DNA from: Armatimonadota bacterium
GTDB taxonomy: Bacteria > Armatimonadota > Fimbriimonadia > Fimbriimonadales > GBS-DC
DNA: 64,000 nucleotides
Direction of reading: 5' to 3'
Assembly (NCBI GenBank): GCA_037445735.1
Contig: JBBIJY010000004.1
Span: 32,001-96,000, forward strand
In this document: one piece after another, positions 59,124 to 64,000 of the stretch
How positions within the stretch are numbered: position 1 is the first letter of the stretch
How the letters are laid out: the number at the start of each line of letters is the position of its first letter
Program-made: the position numbers and the translations under genes
Notes under the pieces: generated by a model
What the model saw: only the letters and a program-made list of their open reading frames with translations
Told to the model about the DNA's origin: nothing
Database searches by the model: none

Positions 59124-59561
59124 GTGCGTTCGTCAACGGTCGCTGTATGGGTGTTGCGATTGCTCGGCGTGGGCTTTCTGGTATTCGGGCTGCTGTTCGC
59201 CTTCGCGCCGGCGGGCACCCTCGAATATTTTAACCGCTGGGGTCAGGCGCTGGGCTGGCAGGAGCCGATGCCCCTCGATGAGGGCGGACTCTGGCGGGTG
59301 CTGGCGGTTGCCTTCATGGTGATGGTGACGGTGCTGGCGTTCTGGGGCGCACAGCCGACTCCGGCGCGTCCCGCCCTGCTGATGGTGCTGACCCTCGGCA
59401 AGCTCAGTTCCTCCCTGCTGGCGCTGCTGTTCTACTGGCTGGTTGCTCCCCACTTTATCTACCTGCTCAACTTTGCGGTGGATGGCTCCATCGCGCTGAT
59501 CGTGTTCTGGTGTCGGCAAGTGTTGCGAGGCGCCGATTCGGCGGGAGGGATTGCCCAATGA
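59124..59561 (+). CDS. Small 4-TM membrane protein
   Basis: Four hydrophobic segments; SD GGAGGG; overlaps the next gene by 4 nt. Confidence 0.7.
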   Translation: MRSSTVAVWVLRLLGVGFLVFGLLFAFAPAGTLEYFNRWGQALGWQEPMPLDEGGLWRVLAVAFMVMVTVLAFWGAQPTPARPALLMVLTLGKLSSSLLALLFYWLVAPHFIYLLNFAVDGSIALIVFWCRQVLRGADSAGGIAQ

Positions 59562-60637
59562 GCGGTCCCGAACTGGGCGATCCGCTGCTATGGAACCGTC
59601 CGCGCTGGTATGGGCAGTCGCCCTTCTACGAGGTCTACTTTCTCAAACTGAACCTGCCTGCAACGGGAAGCGGCACGGAACACGCCGACTGGCGCCATGC
59701 CCTCTGGATACGCTACACGCTGACCGCCACGAAGGGCGAGCCACCGACTGGCGAGGTGTGGGCGTTCATCTTCGATGCCCAGACGCCCGAATGCAATCAG
59801 GGTGCAAAGGGAGCAGCATCCCCTGCGGATGTGCGCTGGCAGGCGGAGTTCCCCATCCGGATCGGCGCGATAGGAGAACTGACGCACACAGGCGCCACAG
59901 GCACGCTGCTCGTGGGTGGGCAACCCCTGCAGTGGACGCTTCACTGGGAGCCTGCGCGGTCGGCAATCGGGCTGTTCCCGATGCGTTGGATGTATGGAGC
60001 GCGGTTTCCCCGTACTAAATATGTGTCGCCGCACTGGGATGTGCGCGTCAGCGGCATGCTTCGCTGGGGCGACCAGAGCTGGCAGGTTCGGGACGCGCCC
60101 GCTCAGCAGGCGCATATCTGGGGTACCCGCTACGCCGAACGCTGGGTGTGGGCGCACTGCAACACCTTTGTCGACGCGCCCGATGCCGTCTTCGAAGGGC
60201 TGGAGGTGCAGGTGCAGCTGGGGCGATGGCGAACGCCGCCGATGCGCATGCTCTACCTGCGCACCAGCGAAATCCAGTTTTTCACCCGCCGCTGGCGAAC
60301 CATCATCCAGAGGCGTGGCGGTCCTTCGCAAGTCTGGACTGCTGAAGCGCAGCTTCAGCAGTCCATAGGTCGATGGCGATTCGATGCCATAGAGGGCAAT
60401 CTGCGCCTGACAGGTGAGCTGGATGCCGAACCGTTCCAGATTCTGGGCGCGTGCTACACCGACCCTGACGGCTCGCGCCGATGGTGCCATAACACCAAAA
60501 TCGGGCGTGCAACGCTTCAGCTCTTTCGGCGAGTGGGCAGCGGCTGGCAGATGGTTCGGAGCCTGCACGCGCAAAACAGCTGCGCGATTGAATGGGTGGA
60601 ACCCGCGCCCGATGCGCGAATCGAGAAGTGGGTCTGA
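59558..60637 (+). CDS. Tocopherol-cyclase/AttH-like hypothetical protein
   Basis: FYEVYF, LWIRYT, AHIWG..AERWVWAHCN, YTDPDG..CHN. Confidence 0.55.
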   Translation: MSGPELGDPLLWNRPRWYGQSPFYEVYFLKLNLPATGSGTEHADWRHALWIRYTLTATKGEPPTGEVWAFIFDAQTPECNQGAKGAASPADVRWQAEFPIRIGAIGELTHTGATGTLLVGGQPLQWTLHWEPARSAIGLFPMRWMYGARFPRTKYVSPHWDVRVSGMLRWGDQSWQVRDAPAQQAHIWGTRYAERWVWAHCNTFVDAPDAVFEGLEVQVQLGRWRTPPMRMLYLRTSEIQFFTRRWRTIIQRRGGPSQVWTAEAQLQQSIGRWRFDAIEGNLRLTGELDAEPFQILGACYTDPDGSRRWCHNTKIGRATLQLFRRVGSGWQMVRSLHAQNSCAIEWVEPAPDARIEKWV

Positions 60638-60640
60638 ACG

Positions 60641-62521
60641 ATGACGGATATCCATCCTGTGCTGACGCGACTGGGACAGCATCTGTTCGGGCGGGACGGG
60701 CAGCTCGATTCAGAGGCGTGCGCAATATTCGGTCAGTGGCTGGCTCAGCTGGAGCCGGCGGTACGGCGGATGCTGACCGCCCTAATGGTTGCCTGCGATG
60801 CCCTGCCACTCATCTCGCCGTGCTGGAAGCCGCTGCGCTGGCTTTCGGACGAGGCGCTGACGCGCTTCGTGCAGGGAGTGCGCGATCCCTATCGCCTGCT
60901 GATCCTGCGGCTGGTGAAGGGGTTGTGTGGGGTGGCGTATCTTTCGGCGGAGGCGTTGAGCGAGCGTCTGGGTTATGGTGTCCAGCCTTACAAACAGCCG
61001 TATGCGCCGTTGCCGCCGGAGCTGCCCCTGCGTGTGGAGGTGCCTTCGGGTGGGTTCGAGGCGCGTTATGATGTGGTGATTGTGGGCACGGGCGCAGGCG
61101 GGGCAACGGTTGCCCGCCGTCTCTCGGAGGCGGGGTTGAACGTCGCGCTGGTGGAGGAGGGCGAGTTAGCCACCCGCGCCCATACCCGGCTCCCTTTGCT
61201 GGAGCGGGCACGCCGCTTCTATCGCCAGAACGGCTTCACCGTTGCGCTGGGCATGCCACCCATCATCATGCCGATGGGACGCACGGTAGGCGGCACAACA
61301 GTGGTCAACTCTGGCACTTGCTTTCGCACGCCGCGCTTCGTGCTGGAACGCTGGCAAAAGGAGTTCGGCGTTCAGGGGCTGGAGCCAGCGGTGCTGGAAC
61401 CCCTCTTTGAGTGGATCGAGCAGGAGCTTCGGATCGCGCCTGTTGCCGACGAGGTGCTGGGCGGGAACGGGCAGGTGGTTCGGCGGGGAGCGGAGCGGCT
61501 GAAGGTGCGCCATCAGCCGCTGAATCGCCCGCAGCGCGACTGTCATGGCACGGGCGTGTGCGCCCTTATCTGCCCGCGCGACGCGAAGCTCGACATGCGC
61601 TTCAGCATGCTGCTGCCCGCCCAGCAACACGGCGCCACCATCTTCGCCAGCTGTCACGTGGAGCGCGTGCTGTTTGACGGCGAGCGCGCGGTGGGGGTGG
61701 AGGGAACGGTGCTGAACGGCAACGGACGCTTCCAGATATGGGCGAAGGAGGTGGTGCTGTGTGCGGGCGCGATCCACACGCCCTGGCTGCTCCATCGGTC
61801 AGGGGTTCACCACCCGCGCATCGGGCATAACCTGCACATCCACCCTTCGGCGAGCGTGTTTGCCCGCATGCCAGAGCCTGTCAGGGCGTGGAGCGGCGTG
61901 ATGCAGTCATACGGCGTCACGGAATGGATAGAGCAGGGCACGCTGATCGAGGCGACTTTTCCACCGCTGGCGATTGGCTACGGTCTTCATCCGCTGCCCT
62001 TCTGGGGTTCGGAACATCGCCGCCTGCTGGAGGATGTCGCGCATCTGACGGGGGTCGGCGTGCTGACGGCAGACGAGCGGAGTGAGGGGCGCGTGCTGCA
62101 CCTGCCAGGCGCCAGTGAACCCGTGATTGTGTATCGCTTGCATCGGGCAGACGCCCAGCGTATACTGGAAGGGATGACGCGCGCGGCGCAGGTCTTCTTT
62201 GCGGGCGGCGCGGAGCGCGTCTACACCGATTTGCCCGGCGCGGAACAGCTCCGCACACCCGACGAGCTGGATTGCCTGCTGAAGAGCAACGCCCGTTTGC
62301 TGAACCTGAGCGCGTACCATCCCGGCGGTACATGCTGTATGGGTGAGGACGAGCGGCGCTGCCCGGTGGACAGCTTCGGGCGTGTGCGTGGGCGCACCCA
62401 TCTGTGGGTTGCCGACGCCTCGCTGATCCCCACACCGACGGTGGTCAACCCGCAAATTACCATCATGATGCTGGCGGCGCGAGTGGCAGATGCTCTCGTA
62501 GCACGGGCATCCTGCCTGTGA
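60641..62521 (+). CDS. GMC family oxidoreductase
   Basis: DVVIVGTGAGG, VGGTTVVN, CAGAIHTP, HPGGTC.MG, DAS..P..VNPQ. Confidence 0.92.
   Translation: MTDIHPVLTRLGQHLFGRDGQLDSEACAIFGQWLAQLEPAVRRMLTALMVACDALPLISPCWKPLRWLSDEALTRFVQGVRDPYRLLILRLVKGLCGVAYLSAEALSERLGYGVQPYKQPYAPLPPELPLRVEVPSGGFEARYDVVIVGTGAGGATVARRLSEAGLNVALVEEGELATRAHTRLPLLERARRFYRQNGFTVALGMPPIIMPMGRTVGGTTVVNSGTCFRTPRFVLERWQKEFGVQGLEPAVLEPLFEWIEQELRIAPVADEVLGGNGQVVRRGAERLKVRHQPLNRPQRDCHGTGVCALICPRDAKLDMRFSMLLPAQQHGATIFASCHVERVLFDGERAVGVEGTVLNGNGRFQIWAKEVVLCAGAIHTPWLLHRSGVHHPRIGHNLHIHPSASVFARMPEPVRAWSGVMQSYGVTEWIEQGTLIEATFPPLAIGYGLHPLPFWGSEHRRLLEDVAHLTGVGVLTADERSEGRVLHLPGASEPVIVYRLHRADAQRILEGMTRAAQVFFAGGAERVYTDLPGAEQLRTPDELDCLLKSNARLLNLSAYHPGGTCCMGEDERRCPVDSFGRVRGRTHLWVADASLIPTPTVVNPQITIMMLAARVADALVARASCL
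62498..62520 (+). repeat. GTAG-type REP-like palindrome overlapping the GMC stop codon
   Basis: GTAG-CACGGGCA-TCC-TGCCTGTG; only one copy in the window. Confidence 0.5.
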
Positions 62522-62530
62522 GCATCGGGT

Positions 62531-63363
<833 letters not shown>

Positions 63364-63378
63364 CGGTGCCTCTCCGAT

Positions 63379-64000
63379 TCAGGCTCGCAAAATGAGCAGG
63401 TTATACGACTCGGCGGTGGCGAAGTGGTGGGAGATGCTGCCGAGCGTGAGGCGTTCCAGCAGGCTGTGCCCCTTCGCGCCAAGAATGAGCAGCTGGGCGC
63501 CGGTGTCGGTCAGCACCGTGCGCAGGGCGGGGATGGTCGCGCCCTCCACCACCAGCGATTCACAGCCCGCGCCTAACGGACGCAACTGCTCGCATAGCTC
63601 GCGATTGCGCTCATGCAGCTGTTCGATAACCCATTCGTTGCCCGCCTCTTTGAGCGCGGGTGTGGTGCGGGCTAAAATCTCCAGCATCTCGCTGTCCAGT
63701 TCGAAGGCGGTGGTCAGCAGCAGTTTCTGGATGCCTGCGGGCGCGAACGCCAGCAACTTTTGCAGGCAGCGGCGATTGTACTCTGAGTGGTCCGTCGCGA
63801 CGACCGCCTGCAGGGGCTTCTCGCTGATGGGTGGCTGATGGGCAATCAGCACGCTCTGGTGGGCGTGCGTGACGGCGGCGCGTCCTGTGCTACCGAGCAG
63901 CCATGCTCGCCAGCCGCGCCGACCTTTGCTGCCCAGCGCAATCAGCTCGACGCCGTTCTCGTCGGCGGCACGCAGCAGCTCGGTGCTGGCATGCCCGCGC
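63379..64000 (-). CDS. Universal stress protein (5'-partial)
   Basis: VVATDHS, LILGAKG...LGSISHH; a second USP motif (LGSTG) near the window edge. Confidence 0.85.
   Translation of the reverse strand, partial: RGHASTELLRAADENGVELIALGSKGRRGWRAWLLGSTGRAAVTHAHQSVLIAHQPPISEKPLQAVVATDHSEYNRRCLQKLLAFAPAGIQKLLLTTAFELDSEMLEILARTTPALKEAGNEWVIEQLHERNRELCEQLRPLGAGCESLVVEGATIPALRTVLTDTGAQLLILGAKGHSLLERLTLGSISHHFATAESYNLLILRA

Overview
High-GC bacterial chromosomal window. It is probably Armatimonadota (Fimbriimonadia-like); this is inferred from the C-terminal DDADLLxVLFxFG dockerin-like module, the PEP-CTERM protein, KdtA and DUF1559-like prepilins, not from a database search. Most of it is housekeeping: nusA-ylxR-dnaE-nadK, cysteine desulfurase, gatCA, tpiA, carB, kdtA, rpsP-khpA-rimM, M32 carboxypeptidase, ispA, lysS, nagA, rpsA-coaE and glnB. 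Four things stand out. (1) An rsr/Ro60 (TROVE) gene is preceded by a ~182-nt Y-RNA-like element. By hand-folding, this RNA is a pseudo-symmetric rod with two Ro-binding motifs closed by a tRNA-like acceptor stem and T arm, and an alternative fold could hide the rsr ribosome-binding site. (2) A ~16-kb co-directional cluster holds three large secreted proteins with a shared ~400-aa C-terminal module ending ARAxxxxxxTR, two CsgG-like proteins and an outer-membrane beta-barrel; this is a candidate export or surface-display system. (3) REP-like palindromes are inserted in frame inside carB. (4) A lower-GC operon encodes an unannotated 52-aa secreted peptide, atypical prepilins and a 12-Cys secreted protein. 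Many genes appear leaderless. All calls come from motif recognition by eye.
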